In this document: piece by piece, positions 38,698 to 53,522 of the stretch | Numbering within the stretch: the first letter of the stretch is position 1 | How the letters are laid out: each line of letters starts with the position of its first letter | Assembly: GCA_051294375.1 (NCBI GenBank) | Contig: CM119266.1 | Location: 17,850,087-17,914,086, forward strand | Direction: 5' to 3' | Source of the DNA: Paraspadella gotoi | Taxonomy: Eukaryota; Animalia; Chaetognatha | DNA: 64,000 bases | Program-made: the position numbers and the translations under genes | Notes under the pieces: model-generated | Database searches by the model: none | Told to the model about the DNA's origin: nothing | The model's input: only the letters and a program-made list of their open reading frames with translations

Positions 38698-40576
38698 ATG
38701 TCTCAAATTCCAGTCAAAACGAAGCGAGGGAGGGCGGCCATCAGGTGAGAAAAAATAATATTAGTTTATAAATTAAAAATATGTAGTCAGCCATTGCCTA
38801 AGTTCACCCCGCCTATAAGCATGACACCTTCAGTCGTGACCCGGTGGCTCATGGAGTAAAGCCATCAGCTCGTGACCACTAGGTTTCGGGTTCAATCCCA
38901 ACCCGATACCTACCCTGCGGGAAGCGTGAGGACCGCCCTGGAAAACCCTAAAGCCTGATTCCAAGGCCAGGACCCGTTCCATTGCTGCTGAGGGAGCGTA
39001 GAAGTTACGGATAGTACAGAAGGCTTCATATTATAAAATGTGGTACCCCTTTTTTGTGACCAGAACCCGTTCCGAGAAAACTACTTGACCAAATTTATTG
39101 AAATTTGGAATGTGAATACTAATAAAACTATCGAGACGAATTTCAATATTTGACCGCTGAGCCGAGATATGGACCCCCCGGGGGGTCACCCATGGGGGCA
39201 AAAAATGGTCAAAATCTTTTTAATTATTTTTGTTTTGAACAGTTGCTTAGACGTTTACTCTTCCATAAAAACGAATTTATTTCCTCAAAAATATTCATTT
39301 ACCTTAATTTTTAGATTCATGAACATCAGCAGTTAAAGTCAGATTTGGAATAATTTGGGAAAATTGGAAGTAAAACGATGAACCATGCATCTTCAACCAT
39401 GCTTAATTATTGCAAATTTATCAATTTTAGTTCTAAAATGTTTTTTTCTAATGTTTAAAATGTCAATGCACCTGATGCTACTAAAAAAATTTGAAAAATT
39501 TAAAAAAAAATTTTTAGCGTTTTTTAGCCCCCCAGGGGTCCACCCCCAGGGCCCTGTATCTCTTGTCAGGGGTTGAATATCAAAATTCGCCTCGATAGTT
39601 CCATTTATATAGTCATTAGCACTCTAAATGTAAAATTTCATTAAATTTGATCGGCTAGTTTGGTGGGAACAGATTCTGGTCACAAAAAAGGGGTACCACA
39701 TTTTATAATATGAAGCCTTCTGTAGTCTTCAGCCCACTTCGCGCTTTATCCACATATATACATGATACAGTCCTGTGCAAAAAAAAAACAAAAAAAACGC
39801 GCCACTTTATAACTTTAATTCCAGACGCTCGATAAAGACAGTTTTTAAAAATCTCTAAAAATTATATAAAAAAATTTTTAAAAGAGTTTGTAAAAAAGAA
39901 ATCCATGTGTCTAAATTTTATTACAATCAGTCTAGTGGTTTAGGAGATACTTTTTAAACTTAAGTGTTCCAAAACCAAACAGGAAAATCGACTTTTATCT
40001 ACACGGATTTTTTTTTAATTATAAAAACTTTGCGTTAGAAATTAGAATTAAGCAAATTTGTTTATTTTGTTAAGAGACAACAAATCTATTTTTATTTTCA
40101 AGGAGAAAATCGTACATGTTTCGGCTCATATGTTAGCCTTCATCAGCACAAATAATAATAATAATTCCCCCTCTCCCTCCACTACCCCAGCGACTCTCAA
40201 AAGATCTTCAACGAAGGCGCCATCCGCTACAACCTCGGAGTCATCGATTATTGTCGGACGTCGATGTCAGCTCTTTCCGGCGCCTCGGCTGGTATACTTG
40301 GTCTCACCGCGCTGCAGGTCGGAGTCACACAAGCAAGCAACGGATTCCTTCAATTTCACATTCTCTTTCTTCTTCTTCTTTTCACAGGGTTTTGTTTTCT
40401 ACTTCATCACCGCCTTCTCTCTCTCCCTGATGCTTCTCATCTTTAAAGTCGGTACCAAAACTTGGGACAAATACTTTCTCTCTCGGTCGCCCGTCCTCAC
40501 CGGCGGACTCATGAACCAACTTTTTACTTACTTGCTTTGTTGGACGTTTCTCTACGGGATGGTTCACGTCTACTGA
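38698..40576 (+). CDS. EMC6: ER membrane protein complex subunit 6, 3 exons
   Basis: [35 protein letters not shown] and [18 protein letters not shown] match EMC6/TMEM93. Exon 1 [15 protein letters not shown] lies at 38698-38744. Confidence 0.93.
38782..39754 (+). mobile_element. Probable solo LTR (family C, about 265 bp) with a tRNA-like head, interrupted by a MITE
   Basis: TGT...ACA ends with imperfect flanks AATA/TATA, A-box TGGCTCATGG at 38845 and B-box GGTTCAATCCC at 38889. GC-rich; single copy in this window. Confidence 0.5.
39017..39722. mobile_element. Tc1/mariner-type MITE with about 50-bp TIRs (other copies 58950-60056 and 63008 to window end)
   Basis: TIR CAGAAGGCTTCATATTATAAAATGTGGTACCCCTTTTTTGTGACCAGAA, TA TSD, extended fold-back symmetry. 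Confidence 0.88.
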
Positions 40577-40955
40577 AACTCAATTTTGGATTATTTCAAT
40601 GTCATTCGTCATGATGATTTACCTTCTCAGTTTTCAGTGAAAAACATAAATCGGATTTTAATTTGCCGTATACGTATACGTAGTTAACGTAAATCTGAAT
40701 TTGACTTGCAAAAACAATTTTTAAAAAATATTAAATGGTCACTGCTGGGACGTTGACTAATTTCTGCTTCGTGAAGACTCTTTTAAATTTGCAGAATTAC
40801 ATTAATTTGTTTTAATGATATCCAGTCAAAAACTCGACAGTCCTTCCTTTGCACATTTCTTCATTTTTCTTCTTGACCCGATCACTTAAGTTTTGTCACT
40901 TTTACCTAGCTTTCCTTCGTTCGTCCTCTTTGAAATCTTGTGGCCTCAAATCAGG

Positions 40956-43900
40956 ATGGAAAATGTCCTGAATCGTTTATTGGTCCAAGTCTTTAACGCC
41001 CCTTACGCCCGTCTTCTCTCCGGCGACGCCTCTCGTCTCATCTCCCGTCGCGATGCCCGACTTTTCCTTCTACCGCCCTCTACGTTCGTCGGCGTTAGTG
41101 GGCGTGGCGCAGCTTCGGCGTCGTCGTACCTCTCGACTCGGCGCCGTCGACGCGATCCTCGCTTCCTCACCTCTTCCCCTTCGCTCTCCCTTCTCCCTTC
41201 CTCCTTTTCATCCTCCCGCGGCTTCCAATCTTCCTCCTCCCTTCGCAAGAGAGACTACTACGAGGTTCTGGGGCTTGACAAAACGGCCAGCGCCAAGGAC
41301 ATCAAGCGCGCCTACTTCGACAAGGCTAAGAAGTACCACCCGGACGCCAACCCCAACGACCCAAAGGCCAACGAGAAGTTTCAGGAAGTCTCCGAAGCCT
41401 ACGAAGTCTTGAGCGACGACGGGAAGAAGGCACAGTACGACGCCTATGGGATGGCGGGAGACCCGGCGGGTAGCCCCGGTGCCGGCGGTTCCAACCCCTT
41501 CCCAGGCGGCTTCGGCGGATTCGGTTTCAACTCATACCAGTCGCAGGTCAACCCGGAAGATCTCTTCCGGAAAATCTTCGAGGATTTGGGCGCCGGATTC
41601 GGAAAGCAGTCAGGCAGCGGCGCCGGCGGATTCGGCTTTGGCGGCCATGCGCCGCAGGGGGTCACGCAGGAGGTCGTCATGGACCTAAGTTTTCAAGAGG
41701 CGGCGAGAGGCGTCAACAGGAAGACGTCGGTCAAAGTGGTGAGTAAGGAGTAGAGGGAATATCAGACGCGTAAATCGGAGAAAAGAGGGGAAAATTTGTC
41801 GGTCAAACTCGAAGCAAATCAAAAACACCAAATGGATATTTTACATCTATAATTCTATTTATTTATCATTTAATAATAATTATTACAGCATTTCATGTTG
41901 CGATATCTCAGAATTCATTCAGCCTAGATACTCGAATTATTACTCAAATTATAGCCCACCCTTCCGTATCTATAACGATATAAAATTTTACGAAATCCTT
42001 ACATAGTATCTAATTAGAAAACTAGGGCAGAAAGTAACTTTTAATTTTGTGTTGTAAAGATGCTCCCTCTATTGCCAGAAGAACATTCATATCCTCTCCC
42101 CATTACATTATAAAAGAATATACTTAATATAAAGCATATAATTAAATCTAATATATAGTGAAATTTATTAAATTTTTACATAAATTTTTACATAAATTAA
42201 TCAAAATACGACAATATGCAAATGAGATTGAGGAACTCAATCTCATTTCAGACAATTCACTAATTAATCTGCTACAATTTTAATATAAAATTTTAATATA
42301 AAATTTTAATATAAAATTGTAAAGTCTAATTTAGTAAAACAAGTAATCTTAAAATTTTTCATGCATCCTTGTGCAGGGGTGGGACCCTATATCGAGACAA
42401 AACTTAACGTCCTGCCCTGTCTGAAAGATTTGAGATACAATAATTATAATAAAATGAGTGGCAAAAGTTTTTTCTAACTTTCTACTTTATATACAATAAA
42501 ACAAAATAAATTTTTAGTCGGATCTGCTTATCAGCAGATCCCGACTCTATAATTCACTTTGTCGGTCCGTCGGTCCGCCCCCTCAATCTTGTCGGGCATT
42601 TACTTATGTCATGTCAGATAATAGAATTATGATAAATTATGCAAAAGAAAACAACGATGTCCAATTGTCCATCTTTCCGTTCGTCCTTCCGTCCGTCCCA
42701 CCTTACAAAAAAGCAATTAATATATCGTCTAAAAGCTAAGAGAGTGTATTATACGAATATTTATTCAGATTTTAAAAATCATTAAGTGTTTTAGAGTAAT
42801 GATTTTTTAAATTCGATATATGGTCCCACCCCTGTATATGGTATAAGATTTCTTTACTTTTTAATATTTGACGAATTTACAAGCAATTAAAACTTAATTT
42901 TTTTAAGTAGTATCCATTCGATATGTAATTGTTCAATGTTTAGGTATTTAGTAACCTATTAAACCAATAAGAAATATAAGCTTCTTTTAAATTTATTTAT
43001 TTATTTTTTTAAAATTTCAATATGAAGTAATTTTTCAAAATATCAGAAAGAAAGTATAAAATCTAATCGTCGTAGTATCGAATTCGATTTTCGTAGGCTA
43101 CAACCTAATATTAAATCATTAATCATTAATAATCAATCACTATGTAGATAAAGAAGACTCGTTACTAATATGTTATAATATACAATATACGAAATGCCAT
43201 ACCAAAACCTTCATAATGGTTTATTATTTAACTTAGGCGAAAATCTCGCTTAAAAAAAAATTCAACATTTTTCTAATAGAGATTTCCGTTCGAATCTGAC
43301 TGCCCAACTTTACAAACGACATTGGGAGAAATTCCGGTAGAAAACAGTTGTAAAAAACGCACGATTCCGATAGTGTTGCATCTCAAGAGCTCGACTTTTT
43401 GTTCTTGTAGCATTTGATAAAGAATTTACTACCAAACAAGTCAGGGGAAATGAACTACTCATCTCCGGAGGATTTTCAAAACTCATTTTTACTATAGAAA
43501 TGAAAGGGAAATTTGACTTTTTTAAAATTACAAACGGGATTACAGTATGTTAGCATTATAAATGGTACTTAAAATTATGATATTCCAAAAGCCTCGTGTC
43601 CCGAGAGTTCGACTTTTTTTCCTTTTTAGTATTGACCATTTTTTTCATATTAAACCATCCTGGTAAAGTGATTTGGTCTAGTTTTCATCACGAAATTTTT
43701 ATTTAAAAAGAAATTAAATGGAAGGTTGAGAAAAAAAACTGATTTTTCCTAATATCTTTTGAAGGAACAAAGATAAAGGGATAGCAATAGTACCAAAATG
43801 AAGCCATAATCATAGGGCATATACATTATACAAGATACAATTTTAGAATTGTTTTTGCTGAAACCTCTTTACAGGGTGAATGTCAAACTAAGTCAAAATT

Positions 43901-46900
43901 ATAATTAATTTTAAAACTAATGACACCCCATAAAAATAAATAAAAATTAAATTCTTTTTAATGATTCTGAAAGAAAAAAGGCTAAATTGTACTCTAGTAA
44001 AGCTTTAAAGTTTTTTGGATTAAGAAAATATAATATTTTTTTCACTTAAAATTTGCTTGTCTGATTTTACAAGCATGCTTACAAAATTATAAAAAATGTT
44101 ATTCACCCCATCAGAGCCTAAGTATTTATCTTTCTTTTCCACCAGCAAAAAGTAAACATTATTTTATGTTAGAGAACAGGGATGTTTACTGAAAGGAGCC
44201 GGAAAACGTTCAACTTCTTCACTTTGATGTTATTTTTCAATAATAAAATAGGCGAATTTTTTAATTATTTAACTCTCACAGGCTTCACAAAACATTACAC
44301 TTTCATAATATCACAATGTTAATGTAATTCATTAAATATTTTTACCCAGAAATTATAAAATAATAAAGTAACGGATTCCTTTCTTTCGTTTAAGGAAAAA
44401 AAATTAACAAGCGGAATTATAAGTTTGAAAGAGGTAGTCAGAATCGGCTAGAATCTTAAAAGGCGAGAATGTTGAAAAAATGGAGAGGAATTTTGGTTGT
44501 TTTTGGTCGATTTCTTCTAAACCCATTGGCAAATTTAGACGTGACTTAAGATTTACATTATTCCGGTCATTCTCTATCTAAAAATATAAAAATATGAAAA
44601 AAGGTTTGGGATCGACTTTCGGAATTTGGTTCTATTTAAGACACAATGAAAAATGGCGTAACGTTACTGTTCCGTGCATAAAAAAAATTCACTGTTCAAT
44701 ATTATTATACTTCTTTTTATTTTTTGAAACGTTATAGTTTCATATGCTGATATCCAAAATATCAATGCAAAATCTTTTTTTGTTTTTTTGATATGACTGA
44801 ATATAGGGTGAAAGTTGATAAATTTTTAAAAAAGTTACTTATTCATATTTATTCATAGAATTGTAATAGAAAAAAATTTAAAAAAATAATAGTACTAATA
44901 GTTAGTTTTATGTCTCAAATAGATGGAAAAAAAACCTCATTTAAAAATTCGATCGGGAAGTGGGGTAACTAAGGCTTACCAATGGCATCCTCCACGCCGA
45001 TTGTTCTCTCAAATAATTTTTTTTATTTAATACATTTGAAAGGGAAAAAAAGAAAATTTGGAATGCAGTTGCAGAAAGGGTACAGATAATCTGGACTTAT
45101 TGACATGATAACCATGACTTTTAATATCTTGTGAAATGGGGGCAGTAAAGAAATCTAAAAAATTTCATCATTAAGTCAGTCAATGAACCCTTTCCAATGG
45201 GCTATTACGAGAAATATTTTTTCTTAATTAAAATGGATGATAAATAATAAAATTAAATTCTTTGCTATATTTAAAAAAAAATTATCAATACAAATTAACA
45301 CAATGATGTTTTGCTTTGTCAAATATGTTACCAGCTATATAATTTTTTACAACTTTAATATGATAAACAAGCAGTGTGTCAAGCTTTTAGTTTGCAGTTA
45401 AAGATAATGAAAAATGACAATTTTTTTTTCACAGACAAGAAGGTAGATGCCAGACTGTTTATATCAAGCTGAAAACATTTTTGTATTTATCATTTTTAAT
45501 ATTTAAAAATATATTTTATCAAGCTACAACATAAATTTTTGCTTGTTTTTTACTTTAACTAAAAAATATAAGCAATTTATGGAATAAAAAAAATTTAATA
45601 ATAAACAAAATGTAATTCAGTCTTTCCTTTTTCAAATTACAAAAGAAAAAAAAAAAAAATTCATAAGTCTTCATTGAAATCTTTAAAGCAAAAAACTGTT
45701 ATACTTTTAACTCTGATTTAAACAAAAGCTGTGTAAAGATTTATGGATTTAATTTAATAAAACTCTTTTAGAAAGGTGTCCCATGATTAGGGCTTTAATT
45801 TGATATCACATCCACTTTGCTACCTCTCTTCTTTCAAAAGTTATTTAAAAAAAATAACGTTTTTTAAATTACGCAGTACAAATTTTTGTTAAATAAAAAT
45901 TTCGGCAAAGTGGAAGTATCTCACTTATTTCTGTTGGTACAATACTTAAATTTCAAAATAAACTTGAAGAAAATTTTTTTGTCATTTAGAGACATATCAC
46001 TTTCAGATGTACCCATCGTATAATAATTTATTTATTTATTTCCCCTAAAAAAGCCTAATTAAAAAAGTTGAAATTTTTTCAAATTGTTGGGAAAAAAATT
46101 TCATCCGACCTATGCTCATTGAGAATAATGGTTTTGCATAGAAAATTAAAATATCAAAAAAATAAAAAAATCAGCCTCTAGAAAAATCAAAAGGCGAGAG
46201 GCTGATTTTTTTAGAATTGCAAAATTTTTTTCCTGACTCATAATCCATTATTCTCAAGTTTCAAAATATTTTTTTCCAAAATCATTCAATCAATTTTTTT
46301 TTATTAATTTAAAATGTTTTTATGATATTGTTTTTGTTTGAAAGAATTGAAAAAAAGTGAAAATATAGTAATTATATAAGGTTTTTGAAAATACCTTTAA
46401 AATATTAAATAATTAGATACAAGGGGAGTAAGCAGAGAAAACTTCCCATTCATAAAGAAAATTGAAAATGAATTTGTCATATTGTTATTTAGATTAATTG
46501 ACTAATTACAAACAAATGATTCATATAAATTGAGGAAATGATGGGTAAAAAATATTCATCTTGGTCTCGGTTAACTATTAGGTTATCGTTAAAGTTTTGT
46601 TTTAATAATATTAATATTTTTTTTGCATTTATAAAAGCAATGGTCTAAAATTTTGTAAGCGTTTCGTGCTATATTGCTTCATCTTTTTTACTATTTTTGA
46701 TCTAGTTAGCTTTTTTGTTGATGGTCAAGGGTTATGGTCAGATACAGATATGTCCAGAAGTGTATATCGCACATATTACCAAAAGTAGTGATCAATTAAT
46801 TTGGCTCAGAAACAATTTTAAAGGGACAAAATCAGCACGAGACCGTTTCGCCACGTTATTTTTCATTGTGTCTTAACTCCTTAAAACCTACGGTTGCCTA

Positions 46901-49900
46901 CAATGTCACGAAATGCTACACACGAAAAAAAATTATGCTGTATATTTTTGTTTCCATTGATCCATCTTAGTATCGTTTAATGGCTTTGACAATCCTTCGA
47001 TCCGATTTCGATGAGAATAAGTTTTGCGAGTTGTCGTTTCCCAAAGATGGTCGTCGGTTCGCTGCTCCTTCCTCTCAACACTGACTTGGCCGCCTCTCCG
47101 CTCTCCATCAGTTCGCGGAGTCGCACCTCCAGTTGCGCCTCTGACATCCGGGGAAGATTCATGATTTCTCGTCTAATATCCTCGGGAAGGGAATTGCAGG
47201 GCTCGAACACGTGACGCGTAGACATGAATTCTTGGGCCAGTTGCCTAAGAGGGGACAGAGTGAGAAATGAAGGAAGGTTCGAACGGGTCAAATGCGCCCT
47301 CAAACTGCTTATTATTTTTAGTCGGATCTGATTTCAGCAGATCCCGACTCTATAATTTACTTTGTCAGTCCATCGGTCCGCCCCCTCAATCTTGTCGGGC
47401 ATTCATATATATCATGTCAGAATATCGAATTATGATAAATTATGCAAAAAAAAACTGTCTGTCCGTCCCACCTTAGAAAAAAAACTTAAATTACTCGTGA
47501 TTGGATGGATGGATTGGAATAAAATTTTGTGTGTGTGGGTACTGGGTAGTAAGGCGTAGTGAAAGTTACATACAAAAATTCTAAAAGTCAATTATGAACA
47601 ACATACCATCAGTGAACATTAATTTGTAAAAAAAAAATAATTTTATGTTTTTTAATTTTTGCAGTAGGCTATATTTATATATAGTACTATTAGGGGAGAC
47701 TAACTCTGTAAGGTGGTTAAGAAATTGAATTAGCACCTGCTCAAACAAAAATTTAGACATTTTTTAAAAAATCTGAATAGACAAAATTTTTTTATATTAC
47801 TCCATACTCTATATATTAATTTTTTATATTTATTTATAAATAGGAAGGCTAAAAAATTTTTGGGATTTTTTTATTTTTAAGATCAGATTCAGGTAGCTTG
47901 CAAAAAGTTGTCTACACAAAGTTAAATCTTTTTTCGATATTTTGATCATAAGTATGTAAAAAATATGAAAAACTATTATAATCATCATCATCATCATCAT
48001 TTTTCGATAATTTTATTACTTTTCTTAATTTGACCAAGAAAACATAATATTTTTGAAAGTTGTAGTTAAATTTTTTATTTAACATTTATGCTCTATCAGA
48101 ATCCCATCAAAAAAAGTTAAGATTGATTTCAAAAAATTTTTATCATTATATAGTAATATTGTAATTTTAATAGCAACAATAAAAGCATTAAAATCGAACT
48201 TTTTAATAAATTCTTTTTTTACCTAAAAGTAGACTTCAAGACTAAAGTTTTGAACCCCCGCCTCTATTGAAATTAATTTCATAGTGGATTTCTAGTACTA
48301 TCCTTATAAATCGAAAAATTTCAAAATAGGCTTTTCTTAATTTTGATTGCAGATTTGAATTCCTCGTCTAAAGTTATATAAGAAAATATAAATCATTTTT
48401 AAAAATTCTTTCATTAAGTGGGTTAAAATTAAAAAAAACTATATTTAATATAGGAGTCTACGTCGTTTCTTAGAGATCGAGGAAGACTTTTTCAATGGAG
48501 ATTTTCGTTCAAATCTGACTCCCAAACAATATAAACGTTCCTGGTAAAAAATTCTTGGTAAATAATATTGATGTAAAACACTTGATTCCGATCCTATTGC
48601 TATCTGAAGGGCTCGCATTTTTTTTTCTCTTGTCAAATCATCAAACATCTTGATATCAAATAACCAGAACAAATAGACTGCTTCTGGACAAAAAAATTTT
48701 TCATCTTTGATTTTATATAGAAATGAAAGGGATTTTTTTTCTTGAAAACGATATAAACGTGACTGAGATATGTTCCTGTTTAACAAATGAGGTCCAATTT
48801 TGGAATCCTTTGGCAAAGTGTCTGAAGGGCTCTCAAAATTTTCTCTTTACATTTTATTAGGTTATTTTGATATGATACGATCATGGTAAAGTGAATTAGT
48901 CCATTTTGGTGAAATTTTTATTTAAAGTAAAAGTAAAAAGAGGAGCTAACGATCGGAATTCTAAAGTTTTCAACGGGAGTCAGATTCTCGGGAAAAATCT
49001 TTTATGGCGAAAATCTCTTCCAAAGAAGGGGTGAATTTTCCGAAGATTTTGGTTAATATTTTCTATATTTTTAGTCAGATTTTTTGAAACCTTAATATTA
49101 ACAATATTGCCATTATTCTCCCTTGGCCGGTATAAGAATATATTAAAAAAACCTCGGGCTTTGTTCTCAGAGCTTAGTCCTAATTTAATATATAAAAAGT
49201 TAATTTTAAGCTTAAAAATATAGCTTTTTCTAATTTTTTGACCCACTTAATGAAGGAATTTTTCAAAAAGAGTTATATTTCTTTTTACCAACTTTTTATG
49301 ACGAATCCAAATCTGAAAAAAAATCTTAGAAAAAACTGTTTTGAAATTTTAACATTTATTGCTTTAGTACTAGTATAAATATGGGCCTACTGCGTAAATT
49401 GTAAAATTTTTTAAAAATTTTTTTATTACATAAATGTTCATTAGTATAATGTTGTTCGTTTCACTTTAGAATTTTAATTAAAGTTAAATTTAGAAATTTT
49501 ACTACGCCTTACTGGGTAGGGAAGAGTGTGATTGAGTTAGAAATCGTTTCGATAGAATCGTGCGAGTGGAAATGAGTTTAAATGGCAAAAAATATATTTC
49601 ACCATTTGAACACCAATTGCTCATGAGTGGATGGGGCGATTGACTTGGAATTTTGTATGTGGGTAGGAAGGTGTGTGATTAAGCTGGAAATCAAGTTTCG
49701 ATGGAATCGTCTGAGTGGAAATTAGTTTAAATAGAAAAAACAAAAAACCGGTTTCACTAATTGATTATGCTTTTTTTCTTTTTATATTAAATGTAAATGC
49801 AAGATGTATTAATTAATCAAATAATTAATCAGTTAATTAATTAATAAATAATTAATCGGTCAATTAATCGATCAATTAATTATTCAATCAAACAATTTAT

Positions 49901-52900
49901 TTAGTTATCTATTAATTAATTATTCAATCAATCAATTTATTTATAAATTAATTAATTATTTAATCAATTAATCAGTGAATCAAGTCAAGGCATTTTTGTC
50001 ATCAAGGCCATCATCGTTGTCGTTGCTTTTGTTGTAGTCAGTGCCGCAAAGACCTAAAAACAAATATTTTGGATCAAAATAATTAATTTATTAATTAAAT
50101 TATTATTTTAGTTTATATAGTTTGTATTAATTAATTACCGATAATGATCGTGGGCAGATCCGACATTGTTTGCTCAAACTTGTTATTGTGCAAACTCGCC
50201 TGAAGCATTCCGTCCGCCAATCCGAGTGTTCCCCTTGAGCAATCGTTTCGAATTTGACGATGGCCTCATCGTAATTGGGCGATTCGCCGCTAACCGTTGC
50301 CGACTGGTCGCTCCGTTTTTTAGGGCTCGGCTTTGGACTCATCTCTTTACTCTCTTTCTCGCTGGCCATTGAGCTATTCCAATCGCCGATGTCTGAGGGC
50401 CTCAAGCTGGAGTTCTTGCTGTGGATCCCACTTGCCATGCCGCTACCCATTCCGCTTATCAAATCGCTTCCCAATCTGCCCTCGTAGTCGCTCTTCAATG
50501 TGCTCCTTGAATTATCTTGAGTCGGTCTGCCCCCACGACTCCCTCCTCCGCTTCTCAAAGCGCTTCTTCTGAGGTTCGCTGCCTCATAGGTGCACTCGCT
50601 GGTCCTGGCTATTTGGCTCCCCTTGATCTGTGTCGCCCAATCGGTCGATCTTCTCTGGTTGACGGCGCGATTGAAGTTGGCGTCGTCGCGTAGCCTTTTG
50701 CTTCCGGCGCACCCCATTGAGAGGTTGGCTTGACGGGTTATTTTTGATTATAGGTTTTAAGTGTAAGTCGAAGATATTGAAATCAGATGGCAGATTTGAC
50801 GTCCGCCGCCTCGCGCAGTCCTCTCTCGTTTTCGCCTCAGAGTCGAACGTTGTAACGCAGATTGGCTGGCACAGAGTTAGATTTTGTGAAAACTGTATTC
50901 GTCTTTTAAACTTGAATAGACACCTTTTTTTCCTTTCCCCTACGCGTCTTAGCTAAGCGGATCGTTTTCCCTGTGATACGTTAAATCTTTAAATTGACTA
51001 CGATAATTCTTGGTTTTTGTTGTTTTCCGATGCGAGTGATTATTATTATTTTGTGGTTCGCTAGTATTGAATGCCGTTTTGATCAGGCGGTTTTCGTGTA
51101 TAGGATGTGATCGTGTAATTGGTTTTAAACTAATAGTTTCTTTGTTCCCACCTAGGTCGACTCTTGCCCCAGCTGCAGGGGAAGCGGCTCCAAGAGCGCG
51201 GACGGTGTTGTCAAGTGCAAACGATGCGGTGGCAGCGGGATGGAGACCTTTGCTCAAGGGCCTTTCGTTATGAAGACCACTTGTCGACAGTGCATGGGTA
51301 AGGGCAAATATCGATACATATTAGTGTAATTAAATTATATAATTTACTAGTGAATGTAAATGAGTTGTCGATAATTATCATCTCCTTCTATTCATAAAAG
51401 GTCAAGGCACGACACTTAAGGACCCCTGTCGGGAATGTTCCGGGCAAGGCCGGGTGATAACACGCAAGGACATCACGGTTCCTGTCCCGGCCGGCGTCGA
51501 GGACGGACAGACAATCCGTATGTCCGTCGGCGACAGTGAAGTCTTCGTCATCCTGAGAGTCGCGAAGAGCGATCATTTTCGGCGCGAGGGGGCCGACGTG
51601 CATTCGGGTTTGGAGGGGGGAGCGTTGCGGTCGCTTTTCTCAGAAATGCTTGTTAAGACTCCTGTGCAAAAAAAACACGCCACTTTATAACTTTATAAAT
51701 TCCAGATACTCTATAAAAACAATTTTAAAAATTATATAAAAAATAAAATTAAAAAAATTAATATTTAAATTTTATTACAATCGGTCAAGTGGTTTAGGAG
51801 ATACGATTTTTTAAACTTGAGTGTTCCGAAACCAAACGGGGAAAAGCGACTTTTATCTACAGGAATTTTTTTAAGACATATTAAAAGTTAGCGTGGCATA
51901 GTGTATGCAGCCATAAAAAAAATTGGTTATTGAAAGCGTTTTCTGAATAGGTTATATGAAACATCATGACACGATGAAAATTAGCGTGGCGTAGTGTATG
52001 CAGCCATAAAAAAATCGATGATTGAAATCGTCATCTCTGATATAATTTTTTTTATTTTTAATCTATTTTAAATATTACAAGATATCAGAAAAAAAAAGCT
52101 TAATCTTAAATCTATATTTTTTTTTACATTCAGCTTTGCGGTAGAGTACTTCATTTTAAAAAATCATTGCTCCTAAACGGATGGCACAATTTTAATAAAT
52201 TTTAAAAAAAATTAAGTAATATAGAGTTATTTTTAATGTCTGAAATAAAGTGGCGCGTTTTTTTGCACAGGAGTGTACTTATTTAATCCTTCCGAACATG
52301 TTTCTCTCCAGACCTTAAAATATCGATCGCTCAGTCGGTGTTGGGAGGAACGGTCCGAGCCAGAGGAATTTATGAAACGCTGAAGGTCGACATCCCGGCC
52401 GGAACAAGTTCGCACAAGATCATCAAATTGTCTAACAAGGGTGAGGGAGGAGGGAAGATATTGAAAGAATTTTCTCTTTTTAAGCAAATCAGTACTCGGT
52501 AGTTTTTTTTGTTTATCGGCAGGTTTCAATTTAGTTCTGTTTGTGTAGTGTAACTCTCATTGTATGACAATCGATCATGTTTTAGAAAGAGAAAATTAAT
52601 ATGGAAAAATGTTGTCGTCTGAATTATGGGACTAATTGAAAGCTGGAAAGCGTCTTTGCTCATCTTTCATTTTATTGTTTCCTCACATCATCCTTTTCCC
52701 CCCTCCATTCTCTCTCCCCCCTTTAAAAGGATTGAGTCGCGTGAACTCTTACGGTTTCGGCGATCACTATCTTCACGTGAAGATCGTCGTTCCGTCGCGA
52801 ATGAACGAAGTCCAACGATCGTTGATGGAGGCCTTCGCCGAGACGGAGATCGAGCGGGAAGGAAGCGTCAATGCAAGGGGCGGACCCGCCTCTTCTTCCT

Positions 52901-53022
52901 CTTCTTCCTCCTCCGCCAACTCCTCCACCCAGGAAGCCAACGACAAAAGAGACGAGGAAAAACAGGTGGAGGACGACGAAAGCCTCGTGGACAAGATCAA
53001 GAAAAAGACTGGATGGTTTTGA
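40956..53022 (+). CDS. DNAJA3: Mitochondrial type I DnaJ (Tid1/Tid56), about 5 exons with a 9.4-kb first intron
   Basis: Arg/Ser-rich presequence, J-domain with HPD, G/F region, CxxCxGxG repeats (51156 onward) and [15 protein letters not shown]...GADVHS. Confidence 0.92.
42511..42710 (+). mobile_element. DINE-1/Helentron-like element end (second copy at 47315-47475)
   Basis: TTTTTAGTCGGATCTG..CAGATCCCGACT hairpin after a T-run, followed by (GTCC)-type microsatellite. Confidence 0.55.
46977..50717 (-). CDS. Orphan protein of about 261 aa nested antisense in DNAJA3 intron 1; N-terminal MGCAGS acylation motif
   Basis: GC-rich ORF 50717-50200 joins in phase 2, via AG|GCGAGT (GC donor) and CCCCTCTTAG, to ORF 47244-46977, giving ...[21 protein letters not shown]... 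Confidence 0.65.
48451..49182. mobile_element. hAT-like MITE, copy 2
   Basis: 8-bp TSD ATTTAATA (48443-48450 / 49183-49190) and TAGGA...TCCTA ends. Confidence 0.8.
51657..52276. mobile_element. MITE with about 30-bp TIRs (partial copy at 39768-40040)
   Basis: ACTCCTGTGCAAAAAAAACACGCCACTTTAT / ATAAAGTGGCGCGTTTTTTTGCACAGGAGTGTA. Confidence 0.75.
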
Positions 53023-53522
53023 AATCGAAAAATAATTAAAAAAAAAAGCTGAAATTTGATTTTAAAGAGGAAAACGAACGTGAAATAAGTATATGAATAT
53101 ATATGACTGATTGTCAAAATCGATAATTTATTTTCTCCTTGACGAACTGTTATACGAAACTTTGTTACAGAAAAAACGAGTTTAGCTCGGAAACCGAAAC
53201 CGCGCGATATTCCGAGAGAGACTTTGAGACTTAAATGAAAATTTAAAAATGTGGTGAGATATGGATGAGTCTTTTTCTTTTGGCGAAAAAAAAGACTTGT
53301 GATGCCCTTTTTTGTTCTGTTTTCAGACGTGAGTTTTCAACTCTCTCTTCACGGTGAACTGTTTTGCATGTTCCGGGTAGATTGGACTAGATAAATGGCC
53401 ATCCGTTGAACTTAAGTACCATTGAAGATTGGCGAGTTTAATCTTTTTAAACAAGTTTTGATTGAATTTGGTTATTATTTCAGATTTAGTTAAACAATCA
53501 TCCTGTGATCGAAGCCAGAAAT

